A DNA stretch of 24,774 nt, taken from a virus. Taxonomy: Duplodnaviria; Heunggongvirae; Uroviricota; Caudoviricetes. The notes beneath the pieces were generated by a model. The model did not search any database and had not been told where the DNA came from. It was given only the letters and a program-made list of their open reading frames with translations. A program made the position numbers and the translations under genes. Shown one piece after another: positions 9,261 to 19,189 of this stretch (within the stretch, counting starts at the first letter, position 1; each line of letters begins with the position of its first letter). Location: positions 1 to 24,774 of IMG/VR virus record IMGVR_UViG_2778261448_000010, one strand, 5' to 3'.

Positions 9261-10108
9261 TACTGCTCCGCGATTATCTTGATGGTTGTGGCAGTAAACG
9301 CCGCAACATTCGACTGAATGGTTAACGTGCTGCCATTTGTGGCAAGAAAGCCGTCTTTATCCACGCTGAAGAACGTAGCTAACAGGATGTTATCGGTTGT
9401 TGTCGCTGCATTACGACTGCTGACCAACGTGTCAGGAACAGAGCCGGAAAAGGTTAGCTGCATTGACCTGTTGGCGGTTCCGCTGGGCCACGTCCCGACG
9501 ATCGACAGCTTGAAGAACAAGGTTTTGTTCTCGTTGAACACAACCATCTTGTTGTTAACAGTGTCGAAGAATGGTGCCAACGAGCCGGATGACGGCGTGA
9601 GCGTTTTCAGCAGGCTAACAAGGTTGGTCGGCGCTGTCGGGATGGTTACAGATACGCCAGAGTAAACAACCTCTGACTTCTTGCGATTAGTGGCATACTC
9701 CAGAGCATCGATGCGCGTTTCATGGTCTGAAAGCGTGTTTTGAATGGCGATAACTTCATCAGTCAGATAATCAATATCGTTTTCTGCTGTCGTTAATCGT
9801 GAATCAAGGCCGACTATCGCCGCTTCTGCGTTAGTGATCCTTGTTTCGTGGTCCTGTATCTTCGCTTCAGCCGATGCCAGTCGAATTTCGTGATCGACCA
9901 GAATCACATCCTGCTCATCGTTCCTGACCTGTGCATCATAAGCGCCCTGTCCGGCCTCGTTGGCTTTGTTAGCCACGTTACCAACATCAGTTCCCTGTGC
10001 GATAACGTAAAGCAGATACGACTGCGAGAAGATATTACGCGGAAGGACTGATGTGTCGAGTCGTGTAGCCTGAATGATTACCGGCACATTAAGATTCGAA
10101 TCAGCCAT
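9260..10108 (-). CDS. Tail needle protein gp26-like with C-terminal knob extension
   Basis: The 282-aa ORF has an N-terminal coiled-coil heptad region ([50 protein letters not shown]) followed by a beta-rich C-terminal domain. It sits between gp10 and gp14. Length fits the Sf6-type knobbed needle rather than the 233-aa P22 needle. Confidence 0.8.
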   Translation of the reverse strand: MADSNLNVPVIIQATRLDTSVLPRNIFSQSYLLYVIAQGTDVGNVANKANEAGQGAYDAQVRNDEQDVILVDHEIRLASAEAKIQDHETRITNAEAAIVGLDSRLTTAENDIDYLTDEVIAIQNTLSDHETRIDALEYATNRKKSEVVYSGVSVTIPTAPTNLVSLLKTLTPSSGSLAPFFDTVNNKMVVFNENKTLFFKLSIVGTWPSGTANRSMQLTFSGSVPDTLVSSRNAATTTDNILLATFFSVDKDGFLATNGSTLTIQSNVAAFTATTIKIIAEQ

Positions 10109-11526
10109 TACTCAATCCTTATCTGGCAGCCAGACAGAGTGACAGGTGACTTAGTGATAACGCGCAATTTGAAGCCAATGTTTTTCCTGATGCGCCCTAC
10201 TTTCTTCCACAAAACGCGTTTGTCGTAAACGAACGGTTCATTCTGCTCAATCATCTGCTCACGCCCGTAATTGATGCCGTCAGTGGTTGCAGAGAGGAAC
10301 AGGCGGTCAGCGTACTGCGCAACGCCAGTTGAAGATTCAACTTCAAGGTCGAAAACTCTGGCGTTATCTGCTTTGAACAACGGAGTAAACAGCAGGTGTT
10401 CTTGTTGCTTGTCGTACTGGCTGCCGATATCGAACTGCAGTTTCCCGGTAACAGATTCCAGCTTATCGCCGCACGTTATCTGATTGCCTTCGTAAATGAA
10501 GTCGATAGCGCGGTACACATCGTCATACAGGCCTGTTTTCAACACACACCATTGCGGACCATTGGCGCTTGAAGATGCGTCGTACACGAGGACGTGACGT
10601 GGAAGATGGATAATCAGCAATTCATGAGCATCAAAGCGCAACGATTCCATCACGCCATCAGCCAGTTCATCAGCAGTGTAGGAGCGGAGGATTTTCTCAA
10701 TGCTCGCGCTGGCGATTGGTGACACCTGACCGGAGCCGATGATGTATACAGACGGCGCACCTGTTGCCGGATTGCTTATGAACGCATACGAATCAGCAAA
10801 CGGCGTTTTGCAGTAAGTCCCGGCGATGCCTTTTTGCACCATCAGTGATGGCTGTGCGACATACAAAGCGGCACCAACGGTGGTTGCGCCAGTCAGGGAG
10901 AAATATTCAATCGTCGATGAGCCAAAGCAAACGATGAAGTCTCGCCATGTACCTATGCCGATGATGCCGTCCGGCTGCGATTCTGCGCGATATTGTGCGC
11001 TGTAACGGTCAGGATGCGATTCGTCTTCAAGGTCAGTGATAAACCACGAATCAGTTCCGTCTTTTGACCACGCATAACGCCCACGTAAGCGTGTAATGTC
11101 GCGGACTGAGCCTAACTCATACTGCGTGAATCCGCTGTCTGTAGGCCAGTTTGAGACGGTTTTAACCGTGCCATCATAGCGATACTCAACCAGTTGACCA
11201 TTAACGCCTACAGCCTGAGATGTTCGACCATGCGCCATTGATACGCGACCACTTCCGGCGACGTCACCGACTTCGCTTTCGCCTTTGTAGAGCTTGCCGC
11301 CACACACACGATAGACAGCATTCTGCGCCATGTTGTACTCGACGCCGCGCGATACACCGTTCACATCAGAGCGTTTGGCAATGCCCGGGAATGAGCGAAG
11401 ATATCCGCTGCTGTTCAGGATTTCTTTGGGGGTTGCCAACATATTCACTGGCAGATAGTCGATATAGTCGGCGTTTCGAAAGTCTTTGCCGACACCTTTC
11501 ATAAGCGGAAGTTGCTGAATCGGCAT
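10108..11526 (-). CDS. Tail hub protein gp10-like
   Basis: The 472-aa [52 protein letters not shown]... is near-identical over the N-terminus to P22 gp10 (472 aa) as I recall it. Confidence 0.9.
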   Translation of the reverse strand: MPIQQLPLMKGVGKDFRNADYIDYLPVNMLATPKEILNSSGYLRSFPGIAKRSDVNGVSRGVEYNMAQNAVYRVCGGKLYKGESEVGDVAGSGRVSMAHGRTSQAVGVNGQLVEYRYDGTVKTVSNWPTDSGFTQYELGSVRDITRLRGRYAWSKDGTDSWFITDLEDESHPDRYSAQYRAESQPDGIIGIGTWRDFIVCFGSSTIEYFSLTGATTVGAALYVAQPSLMVQKGIAGTYCKTPFADSYAFISNPATGAPSVYIIGSGQVSPIASASIEKILRSYTADELADGVMESLRFDAHELLIIHLPRHVLVYDASSSANGPQWCVLKTGLYDDVYRAIDFIYEGNQITCGDKLESVTGKLQFDIGSQYDKQQEHLLFTPLFKADNARVFDLEVESSTGVAQYADRLFLSATTDGINYGREQMIEQNEPFVYDKRVLWKKVGRIRKNIGFKLRVITKSPVTLSGCQIRIE

Positions 11527-11535
11527 TTATTCACC

Positions 11536-11997
11536 TCACGTACTCGGATCATCTTTCTCGATGTAAAACCGATTCCACGTAAACGCGCTTTTGTTACCAC
11601 TACCGCGAGGCATGTCATTTCTCCGCTCAAGTGGTGGTATTTTGGTTAAACCGATACAGATTGTCTGATATGCACTGTCAGCAGCGGTAAGGAGAGCGTC
11701 TGACGGCTGAATGACGTTATCCATGCACACTTGCACAGCGAGTTTCAAAGCGACGCCATCATTTGCCCATGCAGGGATACCTGAATCATCGTCAGGTAAC
11801 GGCATGATGCCGTTTTCTGTATCAGCAAACTGATACCCAAGCTCGATACCTTTTGCCTGCCATGCTGCCATCATGTCTTCGAGGTCATTAATGGCATCTT
11901 CAATTGCCTGAGGGTCAGCATCTGTCAACGTGGCATTGGAATACAGCCCGGCTTTTCGTAAAGCCTTAAGAACGAGATCACCCTTCGTTTTCGCCAT
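11536..11997 (-). CDS. Tail adaptor/head-completion protein gp4-like
   Basis: The 153-aa ORF ..KTKGDLV.KALRK.G...ATLTD..PQ...DA.NDLEDMMAAW.. matches the P22 gp4 N-terminal pattern and sits immediately upstream of gp10. Confidence 0.8.
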   Translation of the reverse strand: MAKTKGDLVLKALRKAGLYSNATLTDADPQAIEDAINDLEDMMAAWQAKGIELGYQFADTENGIMPLPDDDSGIPAWANDGVALKLAVQVCMDNVIQPSDALLTAADSAYQTICIGLTKIPPLERRNDMPRGSGNKSAFTWNRFYIEKDDPST

Positions 11998-12166
11998 CTT
12001 CTTCCGCCTTAGCCACTTTTTGCTTCGTTGCGGTTTCTTCAGGAGTTTTTACCCAGCCTTTTTTCAGGTGAGATTTAACTTCTTCGTCATCAACAATGAT
12101 GTAATCGACAGCAAACTGACCACAGGTGATCATGTTGCCCGGCTTATAGAGCATTGTTCGTGCCAT
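11978..12166 (-). CDS. Small hypothetical protein between coat and gp4
   Basis: ATG at 12164-12166 (MARTMLYKPGNMITCGQFAVDYIIVDDEEV..., 62 aa) is preceded by GGGAGAAG and placed just after the coat terminator. The track's longer start (12202) would lie inside the terminator hairpin. Confidence 0.5.
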   Translation of the reverse strand: MARTMLYKPGNMITCGQFAVDYIIVDDEEVKSHLKKGWVKTPEETATKQKVAKAEEDGENEG

Positions 12167-12177
12167 TGTCTTCTCCC

Positions 12178-12203
12178 AATAAAAATGGGGCCGAAGCCCC
12201 ACC
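12178..12203 (-). terminator. Intrinsic terminator immediately downstream of the coat gene
   Basis: Hairpin GGGGC-cgaa-GCCCC (12187-12200) followed on the minus strand by a U-tract (plus-strand AAAAAT 12181-12186), starting 5 nt after the coat stop. Confidence 0.65.
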
Positions 12204-12207
12204 TAAA

Positions 12208-13461
12208 TTACTGCCCGGCAATAACGATGCCCGTATATTCAGGAACCAGTACAGAGCAACCGTACAGAGTGGTGAAACGCGCAGTGGTTACGCCTTTGAT
12301 GTGGTCGAAGGCGTAAGACATGATCAGCGTAGCGCCCTGCTCGGTGGTTGCTGTCATTACCTGTGGACCCTGACCAGTCGGGAACGCCAGTTTGCCGTAC
12401 ATCAGTTCAACAGAACCATCAGCCCAGAACAGGTTAGCCGGTGCGGCATTTTTGTTGAGAATGGTGATTGCTGCGCTACTTGCCGCATTAGCATCAACGT
12501 TTGCATATGGACGGCTGGCGACATCCGCGTTGTCAGGCGGCAGAATTTTCGGGGAGATAGTTACTGTCGTTCCGCTAACTGCCAGAACGCGGAATACCTG
12601 CGGCTGCCCGGTGGTATCTTTGGTGATCTGGTGTACGGAATTCACCCCTGCGATGGTAAACGCATCGCCAACCTGCAAACCTTCAGCAGATACCGTAATG
12701 GTCCCCTGTCGGTTATCCACTGGCATATCGTTAGCATCTTTCGCTTCAACCTTGTGCGCAGGTGCTGCTGCCAGCGTAATGGAAGTTGCTGTACCCTTCG
12801 GAACACGACCAGAAATATCGGTCTTGTAGCTATCGAAGGACGCAACCGGAGGGATCTGCGCTTTTTCGTATGCTGTCAGGGTTGCGCCCTGAGCATAGGC
12901 ACGGTGACCAAGCTCGCCAGCAAGGTCTTTGTAGTTGAAGGGGTTCCAGAAAGAGCGGCGGTTGATACCCTGTGGTACACCAATCGCCGTCATGGTGGCA
13001 TCAATACCTGCCGCACAGTTCCACAAATCACGGCCCTGTGAACCAGTGGTTGAGTCAGCCATCGTGATCACGTTAGTAGCACGCTGCGTAACCATGGAAA
13101 TCAGGTCAGAGTCAATCTGTGCAGCAAGGCGCATACCTGCGGCGCGACCAGCTTCAGTTTTATGCTCAGGGTCACGCATTTCACGCGCATCCAGAGTGTA
13201 CAGAATGTTTTTCGGCTCCTTGAACACAGAAGGAACAAGGCGCTGAACCAGTGCTGTTGGCGTTTTGCTGCTGAGATCTAGGCCTTCTTCAATGTTCATG
13301 TGGTAATGCTGCGGACGATACAGAACATCACCTGCTCGCTGCATTGCTGTATCACCGGGACGGAATTTTTTAGCGTTACGGGAAACTACGCAGGCGGCCT
13401 CAAAGCCTTCAACGTAGTTTTCGAACATGATTTCAAGGTCTTTTGCTAATTGGTTAGCCAT
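12208..13461 (-). CDS. Major capsid (coat) protein
   Basis: The 417-aa ORF follows the scaffold gene and is followed by a terminator, the position of P22 gene 5. The 295-aa plus-strand ORF overlapping it is judged spurious. Confidence 0.85.
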   Translation of the reverse strand: MANQLAKDLEIMFENYVEGFEAACVVSRNAKKFRPGDTAMQRAGDVLYRPQHYHMNIEEGLDLSSKTPTALVQRLVPSVFKEPKNILYTLDAREMRDPEHKTEAGRAAGMRLAAQIDSDLISMVTQRATNVITMADSTTGSQGRDLWNCAAGIDATMTAIGVPQGINRRSFWNPFNYKDLAGELGHRAYAQGATLTAYEKAQIPPVASFDSYKTDISGRVPKGTATSITLAAAPAHKVEAKDANDMPVDNRQGTITVSAEGLQVGDAFTIAGVNSVHQITKDTTGQPQVFRVLAVSGTTVTISPKILPPDNADVASRPYANVDANAASSAAITILNKNAAPANLFWADGSVELMYGKLAFPTGQGPQVMTATTEQGATLIMSYAFDHIKGVTTARFTTLYGCSVLVPEYTGIVIAGQ

Positions 13462-13479
13462 GCTTAATGCTCCGATAGG

Positions 13480-14373
13480 TTATTTTTTTGCCTTTTTAGC
13501 GGCGAAATACGGCGTCCAGTCACCAGTTTCCAGCGCCTTGGCTTTCAGTTTGTCGAGGTTATTGATTACTGCGCCGTTGCTCCCCTTAACTGTCGGGGTT
13601 GTGGCTGCCGTGGTTTTTGCTTTTGGCATGATTCTGGCCTTAGATTCGATACGTTCCAGCAGACGACCAATTGCTACGGGGTTGGTAGCTTCTGCCAGTT
13701 GCTTGCGCAGTTCAGCGTTGCGACCAAGCGCCAGAACAACGATTTCCGGCTTCTCTGACTCAAACAGGATCGCGTTTTGTGTCTCGATGGGGATTTCCTC
13801 GAGTACGGCCTGTTCTGCTTCCTGATAGCCAGGAACCTTGAGAGCCTTAACACGTTGCTGATATTTGGATAATCGCTCTTGATAAGCAGCATGAAGCTCC
13901 TGCTCCTTCTGCTTGCGAGCCATCTCCTGTTGCTGGTACTTTCCGTTATCCTCTGCCCACTTAGCCATGCGTTGCTGATAGATTTCTTCATCGAAACCGA
14001 TGTCCTCATCATCCAGTTTTGGCATTCGCGGTGGTTGAGTGATTACCGGCTGCTGCTCGACGGGTTTCTGAGACTGACGCATCAGCTCTTTCAGCTCACG
14101 GTCTTTCTCTTTAATCGTCTTGCGCAGGTGTTTTACCAGTCCATGCTCTGCGCCATCTTCGCTGGTTGGCGAATCCAGCTTTTCGTCACCAAAGTAGAAT
14201 TCCTGTTCTGATTCGTCGTCATCAGTTTCAGTAGCTTCCTCTGCATCATTGCCGGAGGACTCACTGCCATCTTCTGTTTCGACTTCTTCAGCCAGTTCGA
14301 CATCATCAGGAATCTGCTCTGACGCGTCGGTTTCGATTTCAACTTCTGGTGTGTTTTCTGCCATCTGGTCCAT
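13480..14373 (-). CDS. Scaffolding protein
   Basis: The 297-aa ORF has a highly acidic N-terminus, a K/E/Q-rich helical middle and a basic C-terminal tail (KAKALETGDWTPYFAAKKAKK). It lies between portal and coat. Confidence 0.8.
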   Translation of the reverse strand: MDQMAENTPEVEIETDASEQIPDDVELAEEVETEDGSESSGNDAEEATETDDDESEQEFYFGDEKLDSPTSEDGAEHGLVKHLRKTIKEKDRELKELMRQSQKPVEQQPVITQPPRMPKLDDEDIGFDEEIYQQRMAKWAEDNGKYQQQEMARKQKEQELHAAYQERLSKYQQRVKALKVPGYQEAEQAVLEEIPIETQNAILFESEKPEIVVLALGRNAELRKQLAEATNPVAIGRLLERIESKARIMPKAKTTAATTPTVKGSNGAVINNLDKLKAKALETGDWTPYFAAKKAKK

Positions 14374-14463
14374 TTGTTACCCCTGTTTACTCGATGTTCA
14401 GCCCATCGGAAGGCAATAGGGTGCCAGGCCTCATAAAGACAGCCATTGCACGTTATGGGTTAA

Positions 14464-16662
14464 TTACTGCTGTGGTTGTTGCTGAGTTGATTTTTGCAGG
14501 ATGCTGCTGATGTCCATGCGCTGCGCATGACCCTGTGCCTGACTTTTCAGGACAAGCTCTGCATCAGCACGGGCATTGTCTCCTTGCTGTTGCTGGAACT
14601 GTCCAAGCAGTTTCAGAGCCTCGCGGATATCAGATTTCTGCTGGCTATCGGCAGATGCGAGGATTTTCACAACGTTTGCCGCTGCAACCTGAGCATCAGT
14701 CTGTGCCTGGAATGCTTTAACCTGAATGGCTGCCTGTTCGTTCTGCGCTTTCTGCAATTCAGCCTGACCTGCAAGAAGCTGACCTTGCGCTGCAACCATA
14801 GCCGGATCTGGCTGACTGGCCTGTTGTTGTTTCGCCTGCTCAACCATCTGCTGTTCTTCTGGTGTTCTCGGCTTGATAACTCCAGACAGAAGCAACTGAT
14901 TGCGGTTGTATTCTTTAAGGTCGTCCATCCCTTCGCCGTCCATATTGTCGAGAATCATCGACGATACAAGGTCGTGCTTCGGCGTTCCTGGTGGGATAAG
15001 TGCCAGCATGGAAAGTAACGACTTAACCGTTGCGTCACGGCGAGTAGCGAACGACTGACCGACATCGACAGTCACTTCATAGTTACCCTGCGAAAGGTCG
15101 TTAAGCGCGATAACCTGCCCTGTCTGACGGTCAACCACTTCACCAGTCATCAGCGCCACGTCATCGCTGCCGTCCTCATTAACGATACGCATCGGCGTAT
15201 CACTGCCATAGACCTCACGCGCCATAGAAAGCCACACAACGCCAGCGCGACGCATGGATTTAGCCATGTTGTCCATGTAGATATAGGACTGCGTGTCCAT
15301 CCGGTTAAAAATGCTATCAACGGTATCGGTGGCGACGTTGCTCGGCATGTTCTCAAGCTGCGACGCACCTGTAATTTGCTGAATAGCCGTTCCGGTGTAC
15401 TGCAATAGCCCGGCAAGAGCTGGCGGCATTTGTGTCGGAGGTGTCCAGCCAGCAACCTGAGCTTCTGAAATGACTGTTCCGTTTTTGTCCTTCTTGCTGG
15501 TCATAGGAAGAACTGCAGGTCTTTTCTTATTCCTCTCTGCCCAGTGATTCATTAATGGGCCGGGAATGAAATCAACATCCACGATAGGAATGCCATCACC
15601 GCCAGCCTGAGTAGCGTTATCTGCAATCATGGAAACCATCAGGTTCTCAAGACGCTGTGCATCCATCGCTTTTGCAGCGTGGCCTTCGATTCGCTCCTGA
15701 TTATCAACAAATGAGCGACGCCCATATACCGGGATGAGAGGAATATGTTCACCCGGAATACGCTTCGGTTCTTCCAGCCATTCAGCGCCAGACAGAAGAC
15801 CGCAATAAACGCGGCGCTTCTTCACCGTTCGCTCGCCAATCAGTTCGAATGCACCATCGGTCAGCTCGTCGACAATATCTTTGATTTGCTCTTCATCATA
15901 GATTGCCGTTTCTCCGCTAACAGGGTTGCGCCACGCCGTGAGCTTCACCTTCTCTATGCGAACTTCGTAGTAGCGTCCAACATAGATGGCATCGGGCGTT
16001 GACCAGTCATATTGAGTACCAGTGTCATCACGAGAAAGACTTGCCGCGATGGAATCAGGGTATTCAGCCTCGAACGCTTTAGGGGTCATGGAGAACATTT
16101 CCATAGCCCACATAGCATCAGAGCGGTCATATTGCTTGCTGTCCTGATCGAAGAAGACGCATGTCGCTGGGTCGTAAACAGGAAGAAGGCTGATGCGTCG
16201 CTGATCGTTACTTGGGTCCATTTCATCTTCGTAATCGGCACACATGCGGAAACAACCGAATCCGCCCGTTACAGCATCATCAAATGCGTTATCACACGCT
16301 TCGCCACCGGATGTTTCCTGATAGTCAGCGCGGAATTTGCCGTTCATCTTTTCGGCTAACGCTTCCGATGCCTTATCGTCCTTCGGCCTGAATTTAACGC
16401 TGATGCGATTCTGTCGATACTCGCCAATGATGCGATCACATTCACGGGCAATCTTATTCAGTTCAAAGCGCGGATAATGCTCGAACCTGCCTTCATCAAA
16501 TGAGTAACCAGCATTTGTGCTGCCTTCCCACTGTGCGCCGGACACCCTGACGAAGCGTTGAGCTTCTATAATCTGCTCACGCATATCCTGCGTTGCTGAC
16601 CAGGCATTATCAAAGTTGCACAGCACCTTGCGATGCCAGTCAGTCATCTTTTTTTCTGCCAT
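14464..16662 (-). CDS. Portal protein
   Basis: The 732-aa ORF directly follows terminase large subunit. Its C-terminus is a Q/A-rich helical region (...DPAMVAAQGQLLAGQAELQKAQNEQ...) like the P22 portal barrel, and an internal segment RRVY...GEHIPLIPVYG resembles the P22 portal. Confidence 0.85.
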   Translation of the reverse strand: MAEKKMTDWHRKVLCNFDNAWSATQDMREQIIEAQRFVRVSGAQWEGSTNAGYSFDEGRFEHYPRFELNKIARECDRIIGEYRQNRISVKFRPKDDKASEALAEKMNGKFRADYQETSGGEACDNAFDDAVTGGFGCFRMCADYEDEMDPSNDQRRISLLPVYDPATCVFFDQDSKQYDRSDAMWAMEMFSMTPKAFEAEYPDSIAASLSRDDTGTQYDWSTPDAIYVGRYYEVRIEKVKLTAWRNPVSGETAIYDEEQIKDIVDELTDGAFELIGERTVKKRRVYCGLLSGAEWLEEPKRIPGEHIPLIPVYGRRSFVDNQERIEGHAAKAMDAQRLENLMVSMIADNATQAGGDGIPIVDVDFIPGPLMNHWAERNKKRPAVLPMTSKKDKNGTVISEAQVAGWTPPTQMPPALAGLLQYTGTAIQQITGASQLENMPSNVATDTVDSIFNRMDTQSYIYMDNMAKSMRRAGVVWLSMAREVYGSDTPMRIVNEDGSDDVALMTGEVVDRQTGQVIALNDLSQGNYEVTVDVGQSFATRRDATVKSLLSMLALIPPGTPKHDLVSSMILDNMDGEGMDDLKEYNRNQLLLSGVIKPRTPEEQQMVEQAKQQQASQPDPAMVAAQGQLLAGQAELQKAQNEQAAIQVKAFQAQTDAQVAAANVVKILASADSQQKSDIREALKLLGQFQQQQGDNARADAELVLKSQAQGHAQRMDISSILQKSTQQQPQQ

Positions 16663-16663
16663 A

Positions 16664-18079
16664 TCAACCTACACCACAAGGAATTGAGTAACTGGAATAG
16701 TCGGTTTGCGCAGCCGACTCCGGGCAATGCATACACATCATCAACGCATCAGCCAGGTTAGGAGATGGGATCCCGAGCTTTTGCTTCATTTCGACCTTAG
16801 TCATAAGCTCCAGCTTCCCGTTGTTATTGAATTTGCGCTGAATCTGCGTCAGTTCTGCAAACAGCTTCTCCAGCATCTTCTCGCCTATCGCTTCTTTGTC
16901 GAAACTCAGCATGTCGTCGGGGTCTGCATACTCACCGTGGGCAACCGCCCGATATGTCAGATACAGCCTGTCAGCCAGCGCGTAATAGAATTGCGCTCGC
17001 TTATTGCGGAATACATCGCCAATAGTGCGAACGTTGTCGCCCTGTACGACTTCATCAGCCCATGCTCCGGCCTGATACGGAGCATCTTCATCGAATGGCG
17101 ATTCGCTGCCCTTGAACATCGTGGCGGTGATTTTCTTGCCGGAGAACGCTTCCGTTGTCTGTCTGCGTAGCCCGGCACCAACACCATCACCATCCCACAG
17201 GTAATGGTCAGCACCGTCTTCAATCGCCAGCGAAGTTGCCCAGTCAGCACCTTCATTGATGTCCATCAGCAGACCTTCGGCAATGCGCTTAACAACCGAA
17301 CCGTGACGCGATGCATAACCTTTAGCATCTGGCCCTGTATCTGATGGGTCATGCGCAGAGACAACAGCGCCTTTCGCTTTCCATCCGAGTTTCTTGTGCG
17401 CATCGGTTGCAGCTTCAAGCCATTCTCGCTTGATGATTGCCATATCACTTGCGCTTACTGGCTCACCAAGCCAGATGTGACGATACAATGTCGGATTTCT
17501 GCGTTTGCACTCTTCCATCTCCAGACGGAGAACTTCAGGAAAATGCGGGTTGTCGGTGTAGTTCACCGTCAGCAGGCAAATATCATCGGGAGGATTTACG
17601 ACGAATCGCTGATAGGTATCGTCGAGGATGTTTTTCGGGTTAAAGCTCACCCATATTTCGGAAAATGGCTTGCGGATGGTTGGGATCAGGATATCCCATG
17701 ATTCCTTCGTTACCGCTTCCGCTTCCTCCACCCAGCAGATATCAATACCTTCTAGCGATTTAATCTTCGTCGGGTTGTTTTTGATGCCGTAGAACATGAA
17801 TTCAGCATTCGTTCCGAGATGACGAATCATGGAACGCTGAATTTCAAACTCAGCCGAATAGCCTTCCCGCTCTATGGTGTCTTCAAGCAACCGGATTACC
17901 GAATCGCTGATACTGTTTTGCAGTTCACGAGCGCAGAGAATACGCACAGGCTGCCGACGCGCCGCCTCAACAAGCAGCCTCGCAATTGCCCATGACTTAC
18001 CGCTACCTCGACCGCCTTTGGCGACTTTGTAGCGATGCGCCTCAATGAACGGTTCAAAGATAGGATTAATCGAGGTCAT
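16664..18079 (-). CDS. Terminase large subunit (Sf6 gp2-like)
   Basis: The 471-aa ORF carries a Walker A motif (VAKGGRGSGKSWA) and matches the Sf6 large terminase N-terminus as I recall it. Its start overlaps the small-subunit stop (ATGA). Confidence 0.9.
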   Translation of the reverse strand: MTSINPIFEPFIEAHRYKVAKGGRGSGKSWAIARLLVEAARRQPVRILCARELQNSISDSVIRLLEDTIEREGYSAEFEIQRSMIRHLGTNAEFMFYGIKNNPTKIKSLEGIDICWVEEAEAVTKESWDILIPTIRKPFSEIWVSFNPKNILDDTYQRFVVNPPDDICLLTVNYTDNPHFPEVLRLEMEECKRRNPTLYRHIWLGEPVSASDMAIIKREWLEAATDAHKKLGWKAKGAVVSAHDPSDTGPDAKGYASRHGSVVKRIAEGLLMDINEGADWATSLAIEDGADHYLWDGDGVGAGLRRQTTEAFSGKKITATMFKGSESPFDEDAPYQAGAWADEVVQGDNVRTIGDVFRNKRAQFYYALADRLYLTYRAVAHGEYADPDDMLSFDKEAIGEKMLEKLFAELTQIQRKFNNNGKLELMTKVEMKQKLGIPSPNLADALMMCMHCPESAAQTDYSSYSIPCGVG

Positions 18080-18501
18080 TTTCCGAACAGAGTGCTCATC
18101 GGTGATGTTTCAATCTGGATTGCGCCGCCGTCTTTGCCGACAAGCTCATTAGTTACCTTGTCGCCATACTTACGGGGATTCATTCTGGCCAGCGCCCATT
18201 TGCGGGTATCAACGCGAAGTCTTGCCTTTGCCACCTCGGCGGCATCAGGGATTACGTCGTCAGCAATTTCGAATATCTCTTCGAAAATAGAGTCGGCCCG
18301 AGTCTCTGTTGCCTTCGCGTACTGGTCACGAAACTCCTGATGTTCAGCCAGCCAGCGAAAAACTGATGTTTTGCTCGGCATTCCTGGGCGTTCGCAAACT
18401 TTGCGCAGACTCTCACCGGAGGAAAGCAATGCGCAAATGTCATTAGCCACCTCCGGCATATAATCAGAGGGGCGACCACCTTTCTTTTTCTCAGTCGCCA
18501 T
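18076..18501 (-). CDS. Terminase small subunit (Sf6 gp1-like)
   Basis: The 141-aa ORF MATEKKKGGRPSDYMPEVANDICALLSSGESLRKVCERPGMP...DTRKWALARMNPRKYGDKV... resembles the Sf6 small terminase and lies immediately upstream of the large subunit. Confidence 0.85.
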   Translation of the reverse strand: MATEKKKGGRPSDYMPEVANDICALLSSGESLRKVCERPGMPSKTSVFRWLAEHQEFRDQYAKATETRADSIFEEIFEIADDVIPDAAEVAKARLRVDTRKWALARMNPRKYGDKVTNELVGKDGGAIQIETSPMSTLFGK

Positions 18502-18580
18502 ATTGATTATTTCCCTTCTGCTTGCTTATCCCATTCATCGCGGAATTTGGATGGGTTGTCGAAACCTTGAGTTGCCATGT

Positions 18581-18823
18581 TTACGCTCCGGTAGTGAACA
18601 GGTCTAACGCTTCCTTCGATTTACGCACCGCTTCGATAGTTCGGGTCGTGATATCCGAATTAGCGCCGCCTGACTGGAAGTGAATTTTGAATAGCTCAAG
18701 CTTCAACTCGTCAGTGCCGATGAATTGAAATGCTTCTTCTGCGGCTGCGTTCTGGTTCATGACCAGTTTGTAAATCTCTAACTGGAATTTCTGTTCTTCA
18801 GTCATGGGAATAATCTCTGCCAT
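18581..18823 (-). CDS. Hypothetical small helical protein upstream of terminase
   Basis: The 80-aa ORF has an ATG start and is in the late orientation. No motif recognised. Confidence 0.4.
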   Translation of the reverse strand: MAEIIPMTEEQKFQLEIYKLVMNQNAAAEEAFQFIGTDELKLELFKIHFQSGGANSDITTRTIEAVRKSKEALDLFTTGA

Positions 18824-18924
18824 TGTTGGCTCCGTTTATCCGTTAAAAGGGATATCAGTTAAGTTATCCCGTGTAGGGTATAAGCCATTATCAAAGCCAC
18901 TCAGTAAGGAATGGCTTTTGTGAT

Positions 18925-18960
18925 GGCAATAAAAAAGGCCGCCTGAGCGACCTTTCATTT
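18925..18960. terminator. Terminator-like hairpin with flanking A/T tracts
   Basis: AAAAAAGGCCGCC-tga-GCGACC-TTTCATTTTT forms an imperfect stem with one wobble, and has T-rich runs on both strands. It lies just downstream of the DUF551-like ORF. Confidence 0.4.
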
Positions 18961-18970
18961 TTCATCCGTT

Positions 18971-19189
18971 TTAATCATCTGGGTAATTAAGCGGCATCCA
19001 GTGTGTAACCTTGCTTGCTCCTGAATCGATGAATGCCTTTGTTCTCTGCCAGTAAGAGCCCATACATGATAGTTTGAACACGTCACCAGTATCAGTAAGA
19101 GCTATAACCTCTTTAGACCACATCCCTTCTTTGCTTTCTGGTAGCCGGTGTTCAACATTGATCCATTGGTTTCCGTTATCATCCATCAC
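18971..19189 (-). CDS. DUF551-like small phage protein
   Basis: The 72-aa ORF ends ...THWMPLNYPDD, a pattern typical of DUF551 proteins. The ATG start is more likely at 19186 than the GTG at 19189. Confidence 0.5.
   Translation of the reverse strand: MMDDNGNQWINVEHRLPESKEGMWSKEVIALTDTGDVFKLSCMGSYWQRTKAFIDSGASKVTHWMPLNYPDD

Noticed and set aside
11978-12202. Longer 74-aa version of the small ORF after the coat gene (start MGLRPHFYW)
   Set aside because: That start would lie inside the terminator hairpin and lacks an RBS. The downstream ATG at 12164-12166 with GGGAGAAG is preferred.
12154-13041. 295-aa plus-strand ORF, and the other plus-strand ORFs of 60-175 aa scattered through 900-24400
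   Set aside because: Each lies entirely inside a well-supported minus-strand gene (coat, portal, terminase and others), has Cys/Arg-rich low-complexity composition typical of antisense frames, and has no RBS or recognisable motif.
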